A stretch of 64,000 nucleotides of DNA from a virus. Taxonomy: Duplodnaviria > Caudoviricetes. The stretch covers positions 5,918-69,917 of IMG/VR virus record IMGVR_UViG_3300047160_002980; one strand, written 5' to 3'. Position 1 is the first letter of the stretch. Every line of letters begins with the position of its first letter. This document shows, piece after piece, positions 50,658 to 59,820 of this stretch. The position numbers and the translations under genes were made by a program. Under the pieces are notes generated by a model. That model was not told where the DNA came from and did not search any database. It was given only the letters and a program-made list of their open reading frames with translations.

Positions 50658-52306
50658 TATCCTTTGCCTCGCCCCAGGCTGATCGTCGGCGGCGGCACCG
50701 GATTATGCGGCTTCGGGGCCGAGAACGAGGCGACGTTGCCGCCAGGGGCCGGCGCACCGGGTTGCGGCTGTCCTGGCGATCCCGGATGACCGGTCGTCGT
50801 CTCCGCGCCGGGCGCAGGCGGCGCGCCGGGCATCGGCATCATCTCGCTCATCTGCTGCGCCATCAGGTCGTCCTGTTCGGCTTCCTTGATCTCCTCATCG
50901 GTCAGGGTGGACCAAATACCCGTCTGCTGCGCGGACTGGCGCAACTCCTCCAGGGCGCGCTTCTTACCGATCACCCCAAGCTCCTCAGCGGAGAGGACCG
51001 TCCGGGTCACCGTCTCGGCGAGTTCCGCCTTCTCCTTCGGCAAGAGTTGCCAGAGCGGTTCAAAGTTGATCAGCGCGTCGTCGGGAAGCTCGATCCCCTC
51101 CGACTTGGCGATCACCCTGGCGGTAATCTCGACAGGCCGGCGCAGACGTAGCTCCTGCTGCTGATGGATCGCGTCATAGTACGTCCGCAAATCCGACTCG
51201 CCGGTCGAGTTAAGACCGGCGGGGGATTGTCCGAATAGCCGGACGAGCGGGATACCGAGCGCGCCCGACAGTTGCTGCCCGAAGGTCAGGAGGGCTTCAT
51301 CCAGACCGGCAAAGGAGTAGGTCGTGGTGCCAAATTCGTCGTCGCCGTCGAGCATGGTGATGCCTTCGTTCGACTGGAAAAACCTGATCATGTTCACCTG
51401 ATTCAGGATTTTCTGCATCTCCGTGCCGCCGACGGTGATCATCTCCCGCAGGCCCTTGATTTTGACCCACCGCAAATACGCTTTGTAGATCAGCTGGGCG
51501 ACGCCCTGGGTCGCGCTGTCGAAGGCGACGAGCCGGTCATAAAGCCGCTCGTAGATACTCATCGACCAAAGATTCTCTGCGACCTTCTGCCAGTACGGGA
51601 GCGCGAAGCCCTCATAGCGAAAGCACCGGCTGTAGTGGATCGTCTGCGCCGGGTAAGCCGGCGCATCCGCCGTGACCCGGTAATAGCGGGGAAGACCTCG
51701 CTCGGTGCGGCTCTCGTCCTCCGCGACGAGGTCGGACAGCGACGGCTCGACCATCCAGCGGTCCATCGGGGTCAGACCGCGATAACTCCCCTTCGGGATC
51801 GTCTCGATACGCAGTGGCGTTTTCGGGTCCTGGCCGGCAATTTCGATAACGGCAATCGCGCCGCCGTATAATCGCCCCCACTTTATGAGATCGTTCAGCT
51901 GACCCCAGACGTTGAAGTCGCGGAAACAGCGGTGCATCTTCTCCTGGTCGTCGGGCGGCATCTGCCCGGTCCAGTCCACCCCCATCTTCGTCATGTCGTC
52001 GGCGACGACATCGACGGCGACCCCGCAAATCCAGCTAGAGCGATACATCCACTCCAGAAGGGTCCGCTCGCGTGTAATCGGGTTGAAGCCGTATGTACTG
52101 TTCGACTGTAGATTTTCGGTCCCGATACCGACCGACGCCATGAAGTTCTGGTACGAATCGTCGGTTTTCCAGGACTTGCCGCCGTCCGGGCGATGTAGGC
52201 CGGGCATCCCCTGCGGCGGGACATTGATCTGGTCGCCACCCGGCGGCTGTGGACGCGAGGAGATCGGGTTGCCGTCGGGGCCAAGTAGCGGCATGGGCAA
52301 CCCCAC
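50657..52306 (-). CDS. portal protein (DUF1073)
   Basis: YRSSWICGVAVDVVADDMT…WGRLYGGA…IPLVRLFGQSPAGLNSTGESDLRTYYD. Confidence 0.92.
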   Translation of the reverse strand: MGLPMPLLGPDGNPISSRPQPPGGDQINVPPQGMPGLHRPDGGKSWKTDDSYQNFMASVGIGTENLQSNSTYGFNPITRERTLLEWMYRSSWICGVAVDVVADDMTKMGVDWTGQMPPDDQEKMHRCFRDFNVWGQLNDLIKWGRLYGGAIAVIEIAGQDPKTPLRIETIPKGSYRGLTPMDRWMVEPSLSDLVAEDESRTERGLPRYYRVTADAPAYPAQTIHYSRCFRYEGFALPYWQKVAENLWSMSIYERLYDRLVAFDSATQGVAQLIYKAYLRWVKIKGLREMITVGGTEMQKILNQVNMIRFFQSNEGITMLDGDDEFGTTTYSFAGLDEALLTFGQQLSGALGIPLVRLFGQSPAGLNSTGESDLRTYYDAIHQQQELRLRRPVEITARVIAKSEGIELPDDALINFEPLWQLLPKEKAELAETVTRTVLSAEELGVIGKKRALEELRQSAQQTGIWSTLTDEEIKEAEQDDLMAQQMSEMMPMPGAPPAPGAETTTGHPGSPGQPQPGAPAPGGNVASFSAPKPHNPVPPPTISLGRGKG

Positions 52307-52344
52307 TTATTTGATTCGAAGGGCAGTAAATCAGCGAGGTAGCA

Positions 52345-52659
52345 ATGGCGGGCGTGAAGGGCCGCAGCGGCGGTCGTCGCCCCGGTGCCGGCAGGCCGAA
52401 GGGTAGCAAAAGCCAGACAACCCTGGATCGCGAGGCGCGAGACCAGAAACTCGACCGCGTGCTGAATATCCTGATCGCCGAGCAGCAGGCCCGGCGCAAC
52501 CAGTACGAGTCACTGCCATCGGTCCTGCGCCGCCTCGTCGAGATCGAAAAGCTTCTCCAGATGCGCGAGCGGGTCCGGGTCGAACGCCACACCCGGAATC
52601 AGCCGATGGGCAAGTCCGCCGCCGCCGAGCGGCTATTCAAGCCGGCAGAGGCGGATTAG
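52345..52659 (+). CDS. AT-hook-type protein, antisense to the late operon
   Basis: GGRRPGAGRPKGSK; fills the terL-portal gap exactly. Confidence 0.6.
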   Translation: MAGVKGRSGGRRPGAGRPKGSKSQTTLDREARDQKLDRVLNILIAEQQARRNQYESLPSVLRRLVEIEKLLQMRERVRVERHTRNQPMGKSAAAERLFKPAEAD

Positions 52660-54176
52660 AGCATCCCGCCCCAGGCGCGCTTCCACCGGGGCTGCAGAGG
52701 CGCAAAGCAGAGCATCAGAGCGTCGGCCCGGTCGGGGGAATCGACGCCGCGCTCCTTCATCTTCTCCTTGCGCTCGATCTCGATTTGGCCCCGGCTCGTC
52801 ATGCCGTACTTGATATTTGTCAGCTGGCCGGCGAGATCGTCATCGTCCGGGATCGCGATAGTCCCCTGTTCGAACCGTTCCCGCAACCGCCAGAACAATT
52901 CGGCCCGGAGATTGAGGAAACGGTCGCTCTCGCCTCTCTCGTCGCCGGCGCGGTCGTGTCGGTCGGACGCACCGACGCCGACATTGATCGGGATCAGGTC
53001 GATACTCTGATGACCGAACTCGCCGTGCGCTTGTAGCTCCTTCAGGCGGTCGGTGACGCCGCCGCCGAGACCGGCATCGTCGAGCTTGCAGACCGACGCC
53101 TTGGTGTCCTTGATCGCCCGGACGATCTCCCCGGTGACGTGCATCAGGTCGCGCTGGTGGACCGTCTTGTAGAGATGCGCGCGGTCGCCGCGCCGCAGCA
53201 TGATGACCGTCTCGTTCGACCCGAACCGGGCGATATCGCATCCGAGTTCGATATCGGAGACTCCGTCCGGGGTCTCCTCCCAGCGGTCGATTGCCTTGCG
53301 GACCCATCCTGGCGGGATCAGCGTATCGTCGCCAACCTCCGGGAACTGGCCCATGACCTTGGATTGCCAGAGCGGCGACGCTTCGCCCCACATCCGCCGC
53401 TTGTCCTCGACCCAGTCGGACGAGGTCAGCATGTCGCGGACCCGGTCGGGACACTCCTCGCCGGTAAAGTTCGGGCTATCAAAAGCCGAGACGTGGATCA
53501 CATGCCATCCCGAGCCGGGCTTGCACATCTCGGCGAAGTAGGACGCGGGGTCGTCCGGGTTGCCGATAGCGAGCATTCGCGACCCCGAGGTCGTCGCCAG
53601 GGAGTCAGCGGCGGTCCAGATATTGCCGGGGACGCCGCAGGCTTCGTCGATCACCACGAGGAGCCGTTCGGCGTGATAGCCCTGAAACGCGGTCGGACTG
53701 TAGTCGGCGGGCTTGCGGCCGATGGCGACCTGATACGGCCCCTGCCACCATTCGGTGCGGCTCATCCTGCCGCCGAGATGCCCGCGCGTGTGCGCGCTGT
53801 GGATTTCCTGCCACAGGATACCCGTGACCTGTTGTCCGGTCGGCGCGGTTGTGATCGCCTTAGCCATCCCCGGCGGCGAGGTCGCGATAAACCACGCGAC
53901 CACCCGAGCCGCCAGGAAGGACTTGCCGATCCCGTGCGCTGACGCCACCGCGACCTTGCGGTGGACCGACACGGCTTCCATGATCTCGCGCTGTTTCGAC
54001 CAGATAAAATCGCCGACGACCTCGTTGACGAACTCAACCGGGCGGTCGTGGTACTGGATCAGGCCGGCGCGCATCCGCGCGCGGCGATCTTTCTCGTCCC
54101 GCAGCTTGCCTTCCAGGCGCTCGCGGCGGCTTTGCGCTTTCCGGGCGTAAGCGCCGCGCTCCCAGACGAGCGTCAT
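52656..54176 (-). CDS. terL: terminase large subunit
   Basis: SAHGIGKS Walker A; LVVIDEA Walker B; GCDIARFG and DRADAL nuclease motifs. Confidence 0.95.
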   Translation of the reverse strand: MTLVWERGAYARKAQSRRERLEGKLRDEKDRRARMRAGLIQYHDRPVEFVNEVVGDFIWSKQREIMEAVSVHRKVAVASAHGIGKSFLAARVVAWFIATSPPGMAKAITTAPTGQQVTGILWQEIHSAHTRGHLGGRMSRTEWWQGPYQVAIGRKPADYSPTAFQGYHAERLLVVIDEACGVPGNIWTAADSLATTSGSRMLAIGNPDDPASYFAEMCKPGSGWHVIHVSAFDSPNFTGEECPDRVRDMLTSSDWVEDKRRMWGEASPLWQSKVMGQFPEVGDDTLIPPGWVRKAIDRWEETPDGVSDIELGCDIARFGSNETVIMLRRGDRAHLYKTVHQRDLMHVTGEIVRAIKDTKASVCKLDDAGLGGGVTDRLKELQAHGEFGHQSIDLIPINVGVGASDRHDRAGDERGESDRFLNLRAELFWRLRERFEQGTIAIPDDDDLAGQLTNIKYGMTSRGQIEIERKEKMKERGVDSPDRADALMLCFAPLQPRWKRAWGGML

Positions 54177-54595
54177 CGGCGTGGGAAGCTGACGACGTTC
54201 TCGGCCTTGGCGTCCTCAATCCCGAGGCGGCGGTCGATTTCCTCGTCCGACATCTCGGAGATCGGGCGCAGGACCTCGACCACCTGGGTTTCCTTCCAGC
54301 CGGCGCGACACTTCAACCAGAACATCGCGGCGACGATCCGGTCATGCTCGCTTTGAAACGGCTCCTGGGTCTCGCTCCCAACAATCCCGGTAAAGAGGAA
54401 CTGGACGATCCGGGCATTCGCCTTGTGCAGCCCGGTGTCGAGTTCGACCCGCAGCTTCTTGTTCAGGGTCGATGGGCTGATCCCCAGGGCGGCGGCGATC
54501 ATTGGCTGCGGCACGCCGCACGCCGCCATCGCCTCGACGGTGCGCCGGTTCTGGTCGCTCGGATAGAAGGTCTTCGCGCCAATGGTACGAGGCAT
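54173..54595 (-). CDS. terS: terminase small subunit
   Basis: HTH (IAAALGISPSTLNK); AAMFWLKCRAGWKE; ATGA overlap with terL. Confidence 0.85.
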   Translation of the reverse strand: MPRTIGAKTFYPSDQNRRTVEAMAACGVPQPMIAAALGISPSTLNKKLRVELDTGLHKANARIVQFLFTGIVGSETQEPFQSEHDRIVAAMFWLKCRAGWKETQVVEVLRPISEMSDEEIDRRLGIEDAKAENVVSFPRR

Positions 54596-54598
54596 CGA

Positions 54599-55198
54599 CT
54601 ACTCCTTCGCGACGAATAGGTGATTGCCGCACTTGTTGCAGACGACCTCCAGGTAGTCCGGCTGGGCCGGCGGCTCCGGTTGGGCCGCGCCCTCATCGGT
54701 CCCGGCCCCGGTATGGTCCTGGCCGTTCTCCTGCGGCGGCGCGGCGACTACCTGGGCCGGCTCAGTCGGCGTGTTTATGTCAAAATTGACACTTCCCGCT
54801 ACGCCGATGTCAAAATTGAGCGATCCCAGGTCGAACTCAAACGGCAGATTGAGCGCCCCCAGTTCGCTCTTGAGGAGGTCGGTGTCCCATCCCGAGAACT
54901 CCTGGACCCGGTTGTCGGCCAGCCGGTCGAGCCGGATCGTCTCCTCGTCGGCGTCGCTGTAGACGCACGGGAGCGCCGTCATCGCGAGGCGGATACCGGC
55001 TTTCCACCGGGTGTGTCCCTTGACGATCACGTTATCGCGGTCGAGGACAAGCGGCACGTTGAACCCGACTTTCGGGATCAGTTCGACCAGCTTGTCCACG
55101 GTCGCGTCATTGCGGCGCGGATTACGGTGGTACGGCTTGATCTGGGCAATCGGCACCATGACGATCCGGTCGGTCACGGCAATGGCTGTGGCTGCCAT
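54599..55198 (-). CDS. ParB/Sulfiredoxin N-terminal domain protein
   Basis: IKPYHRNPR…GFNVPLVLD…IVKGHTRWKA…RLADNR; C-terminal CNKC. Confidence 0.9.
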   Translation of the reverse strand: MAATAIAVTDRIVMVPIAQIKPYHRNPRRNDATVDKLVELIPKVGFNVPLVLDRDNVIVKGHTRWKAGIRLAMTALPCVYSDADEETIRLDRLADNRVQEFSGWDTDLLKSELGALNLPFEFDLGSLNFDIGVAGSVNFDINTPTEPAQVVAAPPQENGQDHTGAGTDEGAAQPEPPAQPDYLEVVCNKCGNHLFVAKE

Positions 55199-55206
55199 CG
55201 GGTCTC

Positions 55207-55758
55207 CTACGCTACGAAGGTGGGCGACTGGCGCGAACGGGGACGCCGCCGGTCGATGGCCGACAAGCCGACCCTATGCTGCACCAGCGAAGGGACGTGC
55301 TGCCAGTAGCTTTCGCCGCGCTCCTTGAGCCAGTCCGCCACCATGCTGTCGGTTCCGCCCGGCCCGATCCCGACGCGGTTCCGCCAGCGCGGGCAAAACT
55401 CGTAGATCATCCGGCAGTAGGTCGGCGGGAAATAGACACAGAGGTTGTAGAGAAAGCCGCCGCCGGACATGAAGCGCGACCCTACCGTCAGGTCCTCCTT
55501 GCGCCGGCTGAAGAAGTTGATCACCCGGTTGGGCCGGCGCGCGATCTCGGCTTCGACCTTTGCGACAAGCCCGCGACATGGCTCCGCGTCGTCCTCCATC
55601 AGCACAGCGGCGTCGTCGCCGACGGTCAGCAGGGTTAGCAGGAAGGTGTCGAGCGCGACGCGGGTGCGGTCCCGGACGATCTCCAGATGCGGGATTTCGG
55701 CGACCAGGGCGGGCAGCCATTGTTCCCGCTGCGGGACGGATCGGACGAGAAATCTCAT
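55207..55758 (-). CDS. GT-A fold glycosyltransferase-like protein
   Basis: VLMEDDA acidic motif; HVPSLVQH C-terminal motif. Confidence 0.7.
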   Translation of the reverse strand: MRFLVRSVPQREQWLPALVAEIPHLEIVRDRTRVALDTFLLTLLTVGDDAAVLMEDDAEPCRGLVAKVEAEIARRPNRVINFFSRRKEDLTVGSRFMSGGGFLYNLCVYFPPTYCRMIYEFCPRWRNRVGIGPGGTDSMVADWLKERGESYWQHVPSLVQHRVGLSAIDRRRPRSRQSPTFVA

Positions 55759-56204
55759 CCGTTGCCGCTGATGTTGAGACACGGGCGCGTCTTCGGGACC
55801 GGCCTGCCGCGCGCGTCGGTATCGACGCTGTGGCCCCCGACGAGCTTCAGGGTCTCGGTACGGTCGATCAGCATCCCGTCGATCTCGTAAAGGTCCAGGG
55901 TCCGCGCGAGGAACCGGATCACCGTTAGCGGATTGAAGTCGGCGCAGCTGTAGAGGTCGAACTGGTAGAGCGTCATCGCCGGGCCGGGCCAGGAGTGAAG
56001 GACACAGTGGCTTTCTTCGATCACCGCCGCGACGGTCACGCCCTCGTTGCCGGGGATCGCGCAATCGTAGACGACCGGATTACCGGGCACGTCGGCGATG
56101 TGCATCGCGATTTCGCGGATGATTTCGCGGACCAGATACTCGGCCTGCAACGGATTAACGTCATTCCGGCCCTGCGCCCGGACGATAAGATGCTGGTGCT
56201 TCAC
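55755..56204 (-). CDS. speD: S-adenosylmethionine decarboxylase proenzyme
   Basis: GVTVAAVIEESHCVLHSWP with the E/S-H pyruvoyl self-cleavage site; FDLYSC. Confidence 0.85.
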   Translation of the reverse strand: MKHQHLIVRAQGRNDVNPLQAEYLVREIIREIAMHIADVPGNPVVYDCAIPGNEGVTVAAVIEESHCVLHSWPGPAMTLYQFDLYSCADFNPLTVIRFLARTLDLYEIDGMLIDRTETLKLVGGHSVDTDARGRPVPKTRPCLNISGNG

Positions 56205-56761
56205 CGCCCCTCCTCGTATTTCAGCCGCTCCTCGATTTGTACCGGGGTCTCGGTCGCTCGACTGTAGCTGCCGTTGAGGAAGAATTTCGCATAGCCGGTG
56301 ACGTGCTTGAGCCGGCGAAGTTCCTCCGGCTCAAGACCGATCTCGTGACAGATACGCGCGTCGGTCCAGCCATTGTTCAGCATCTCAATGACCAGGGACG
56401 ACATGCCGGCGACCGTGTGCTTCCCCCTGGCGCGGTTATGCCGGATCGTCGAAGCCATGCGCTGATTGATCGGCTTGTCGATCACGACAATCGGCAGGAG
56501 ACCGTGGTTCTTCTCGTAGATATCGCGCCGGGTCTTGGTGATCAGGTAGCGGTGGAACCCGTCCACGACCTCCCAACGATCCGGGCCAGCCTGATAGGTC
56601 ACGACCGGCTGGGTGTACCCGTCCTCGCGGATCGACAGGTAGAGGAGGTCCATCTCGGTCTGGGCGACCGTGTTCGGATTATAGTCGTTGGCGAAGACCT
56701 TCTCGACCGGAACCCACTCTACCCGGCAGATCGGATTATGGCTGAGGTCCGGCAGCGACAT
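56201..56761 (-). CDS. ibrB: IbrB-like ParB/Srx protein
   Basis: ANDYNPN.VA..EM.LL..SI.EDGYTQP…VVDGFHRY…MASTIRHNRARGKH. Confidence 0.85.
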   Translation of the reverse strand: MSLPDLSHNPICRVEWVPVEKVFANDYNPNTVAQTEMDLLYLSIREDGYTQPVVTYQAGPDRWEVVDGFHRYLITKTRRDIYEKNHGLLPIVVIDKPINQRMASTIRHNRARGKHTVAGMSSLVIEMLNNGWTDARICHEIGLEPEELRRLKHVTGYAKFFLNGSYSRATETPVQIEERLKYEEGR

Positions 56762-57350
56762 GCCACTCCCCTCCCTTGCGCCGGATGCGGTCCACCATGA
56801 CGGCGAGCCGCGCCGCGTTGAGTTCCGTGCCGACAAACCGCCGGCCCGCCGCAAAGGCGCTGCGCCCGACCAGTCCCAGCCCCATGCAAGGGTCGGCGAT
56901 CATATCGAAGGTCTCGGTCTTGCACACCGTCGCGATGATCTCGGCCTCATCGAGATTGCTGTAGTCGAGCGGCGGCATATCCTCGCCCGCGCGCAGCACG
57001 GTACACGGGTGCCGGCGATAATAGGTCGAGGGGTAAACCATCAGGTGCGCGTCCGGCATGAGCCGGCGCAGACGAATCGCGAACGGCTGATATTTGGTCC
57101 CGCACTCGACAAAGCACGTCCGGGGCGCGATCTCGGCCAGCCGGGCAAACAATGTGTCGAGAAAGCGGTTAAAACCGAGCTTATTGTGGGCGAGACCCGC
57201 CTTGGTGCGAAAGCCGTTCTCCAGGGCGGCGTTGTAGGGCGGATCGACAAACACGCAATCTGCCTCGCGCATAAAGTCGGGTAGCCCGTGGTAGAGGTCG
57301 TGGACCATGACCCGGCCCAGGCCGCAATCCCACAATTCGCCGATTTTCAT
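56736..57350 (-). CDS. short beta-class amino-methyltransferase-like protein (DPPY)
   Basis: FVDPPYN before DPCMGLG and GTELN; no evident target-recognition domain. Confidence 0.75.
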   Translation of the reverse strand: MKIGELWDCGLGRVMVHDLYHGLPDFMREADCVFVDPPYNAALENGFRTKAGLAHNKLGFNRFLDTLFARLAEIAPRTCFVECGTKYQPFAIRLRRLMPDAHLMVYPSTYYRRHPCTVLRAGEDMPPLDYSNLDEAEIIATVCKTETFDMIADPCMGLGLVGRSAFAAGRRFVGTELNAARLAVMVDRIRRKGGEWHVAAGPQP

Positions 57351-58048
57351 CGGGGCGAGCGGTAATTCTGATGCGGGTATTTGTGGCTCCCCCAGTAGAC
57401 CTTGTAGCGGATATTGCGGTGGACCGTGACGAGCCGACTGTCCCAGTCCTCGCCGCTGACATCGCGCCGGTAGGTCGTCGCGACCTTGTCCCAGCCATTG
57501 TGGTCCTTCGGGTTCAGCAGCGAATCCATGGCGCAGAGATGCTGACAGATCGACGGGACCGTGGTGATACAGCGGACGCGATCCGCCAGGGCGAACTCAC
57601 CAATGGCGCGGTCGTTGTGCGGATAGCCCTCGCCCAGATATTTGGCGATCCAGTCGTGACAGGGCCGGATCATGCCGGCGTGCATCATCATCGCGACGCC
57701 GTGAATGTTCGCCCCAGGTAGGAGGACATAGGGCGACCGGACCTTCCGGTCGGAAAACCTCATCCCGGTGTGAAAGAAGGTCAGGATCGCGTCGGGATGC
57801 GCGACCGCCGCCCGCTCGACGATAGAGACGAAGTCATCGCAGATGTCGGCGTCGTCCTGCAGCACCAGCCGGTGCATGGCGTCGGGCGGCATCGGCTGAA
57901 GCCATGTCAGGCGCGACGTGTACTGGGCATCGCCGCCGGCTGGCCGGTCGTCCCAGGTCACGATGCTTTCATCCTTGCCGAGCCGCCGCAGGAGTGAGGC
58001 GACCAAATCGCGGCGCTTCGGATGCGCCATGATCCGAATGTCGATCAC
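57347..58048 (-). CDS. GT-A fold glycosyltransferase-like protein (paralog of 55207)
   Basis: IMAHPKR; LVLQDDA; VPSICQH. Confidence 0.7.
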   Translation of the reverse strand: MIDIRIMAHPKRRDLVASLLRRLGKDESIVTWDDRPAGGDAQYTSRLTWLQPMPPDAMHRLVLQDDADICDDFVSIVERAAVAHPDAILTFFHTGMRFSDRKVRSPYVLLPGANIHGVAMMMHAGMIRPCHDWIAKYLGEGYPHNDRAIGEFALADRVRCITTVPSICQHLCAMDSLLNPKDHNGWDKVATTYRRDVSGEDWDSRLVTVHRNIRYKVYWGSHKYPHQNYRSPR

Positions 58049-59220
58049 TGGCTCAGTTGCCGTATCCGTTCCTGGGTCTGGTTTCGGTAGTAATCGTTCT
58101 TCTTGCGGTCGGCCAGCTTAAACACGCCCCTGGCGTTATCGGTCAGCTTGCCCTCGATATCGTTGATCAGCAGTTCCTTGACTTGCATCTTGTGCCAGCG
58201 TTCCAGGTCGCCGGTGCTCAGGCTCTTGCGCTTCCAGCGTTTGCGGAACAGGGCGTGGTACTTCGGCTCGATCAGATGGATCAGCAGATAGTCCCGGTAC
58301 TCCTGCCAGTCCTTGAACGGGGCCGGTAGCTGGCGCGGCATGATATCCTCGCCGAAATGGGCAAAGGCGCTGGTGCCGTGGATACGCCGCAAGTAGCGCG
58401 CGTAGGTCTCTGGCTCCATCTCCTGCAAGCGCCGGATAAAGTGCCACGAGGTCTCGTGGATCAGGGCCGACACCCGCATCATCCGGGGCGTCACGCCATA
58501 CTGGAACATCTTGTCGTAGATGCGGTTATAGGCGAGGTCGTTCTGCGCGATGCACACCCAGACGTCTTTATCGAGCCAGTCGTAGATCGGCCAGAAAACC
58601 CTGGTGTTGCGGACAGGGGCGCGGCTCCAGGTGATCCCCTTGAAGTTCGATTTCGCAGCCCCGGCATAGTCGCCGCTCCGCGACCAGCCAATCGAGATAC
58701 GGCGCTGGACGCTCTCGGCCATCCGCATCCCGACCAGGACCCCGACATGCTGCTTGTCGCGGGTGTCGCAGCCGGTCGCCAGGACCTTGATGACGTCTTC
58801 GAACAAGTCGCAGCCGAACCGGTTCTCCTTGATCGAGATCGGGTCCTGGTCGCGTATCCAGATATCGCGGTCCTTCGGGTTCCAGCAGTAGAGGAAGTCA
58901 TCGGTCGCCGAGAGGCTATTGGTGAGCCGCCACGGGAACTGGAACCAGAACGGGCTGACGTCCGGGCTGTACATCACGCCGCGCATGAAGTCGGCGGTCG
59001 CCTGCCATTCGGCTTCCTGGTCTAGCCACTGGACCTTGAGCGGTAGCCGGCCTAGCTCGGTCGCGACCCGGCGGGCGAGGTGGAGGAGGACCGTCGAGTC
59101 CTTCCCACCCGACATGCTGACAATGACGTCGTCGCAGTTGTCGAAGACAAAGCGGACGCGGTCTAGCGCCGCCTCATAGACCGTCAAGCCGAGGCTGGTC
59201 GAGACCCGTCGGATCGTCAT
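58045..59220 (-). CDS. ibrA: IbrA-like PAPS-reductase-fold (PP-loop) protein
   Basis: VSMSGGKDS PP-loop; LDQEAEW; GMRMAES..R; PIYDW…VW; MRVSALIHE. Confidence 0.88.
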   Translation of the reverse strand: MTIRRVSTSLGLTVYEAALDRVRFVFDNCDDVIVSMSGGKDSTVLLHLARRVATELGRLPLKVQWLDQEAEWQATADFMRGVMYSPDVSPFWFQFPWRLTNSLSATDDFLYCWNPKDRDIWIRDQDPISIKENRFGCDLFEDVIKVLATGCDTRDKQHVGVLVGMRMAESVQRRISIGWSRSGDYAGAAKSNFKGITWSRAPVRNTRVFWPIYDWLDKDVWVCIAQNDLAYNRIYDKMFQYGVTPRMMRVSALIHETSWHFIRRLQEMEPETYARYLRRIHGTSAFAHFGEDIMPRQLPAPFKDWQEYRDYLLIHLIEPKYHALFRKRWKRKSLSTGDLERWHKMQVKELLINDIEGKLTDNARGVFKLADRKKNDYYRNQTQERIRQLSQ

Positions 59221-59590
59221 CGGTCACCGTCGCCCGGTTGATAATGTTCCCCATGCGCCAGTATTTGAACCCGTCGCCGGGGATCAGATAGCGGTAATAA
59301 TACTTGCCGAATTTTATACTGATGCCGTGCGCCTTGATCGCCACAGCGAGGATCGCGTGTTCCTCCGGGGCCTTGTGTTCAAGGCTCCACCAGTGCGGGG
59401 CGCGTTCGGCGTAGGTCTTCGCCCAGGTCCAGGACATGCTGGCGACCAGGACGCGGAGTTCGGTGGCTCGCTCAAGGGACAGGGGTTCAGGCTCTCGCCT
59501 GCGGGATCGTGGCAAGGGTCGCTCCTGTGGAATGTCGGCCTTTCGGCCTTCCACCATTATAGACGCGACCGTAACGAGGTCGAGCGACAT
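59174..59590 (-). CDS. conserved hypothetical protein (W.WAKTYAERAPH…G.KYW.MG..INR)
   Basis: Motif recalled from genes near phage ParB/IbrA clusters; in operon. Confidence 0.65.
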   Translation of the reverse strand: MSLDLVTVASIMVEGRKADIPQERPLPRSRRREPEPLSLERATELRVLVASMSWTWAKTYAERAPHWWSLEHKAPEEHAILAVAIKAHGISIKFGKYYYRYLIPGDGFKYWRMGNIINRATVTDDDPTGLDQPRLDGL

Positions 59591-59607
59591 TGCAAAATTC
59601 CCCTGAA

Positions 59608-59811
59608 TTATAGGGACCGCTTCAGGTAGACGTAAGCTCCGTCGCAGGCGAACGCCTCCCAGCCTTCAGCGCCAGCCTCGTTCAGGGCGTCTTCGATCTG
59701 GTGATGCGGGAGCATTCCGCCAAAGGACATCGTCTTGTACTCCCAGCCGCTGGTCTGGCCGGGCGGGCGATCCGCTGGCCCTTCCGGCGGCGGACGTCGG
59801 GTGTCGCTCAT
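59608..59811 (-). CDS. DUF4177 domain protein
   Basis: WEYKT…LNEAGAEGWE…YLKR. Confidence 0.75.
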   Translation of the reverse strand: MSDTRRPPPEGPADRPPGQTSGWEYKTMSFGGMLPHHQIEDALNEAGAEGWEAFACDGAYVYLKRSL

Positions 59812-59820
59812 CGCGGGTCC

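Noticed and set aside
50657-52306. DUF1073 protein as an anti-CBASS (Acb1-like) factor
   Set aside because: Length, motifs and position between terL and the head morphogenesis gene identify it as the portal; no HxT phosphoesterase motifs were recognised
56201-59220. IbrA/IbrB pair as a Dnd/Ssp phosphorothioation system
   Set aside because: No cysteine desulfurase, DndD/SspC ATPase or Fe-S CxxC motif is present; kept only as a weaker alternative within the modification-cluster finding
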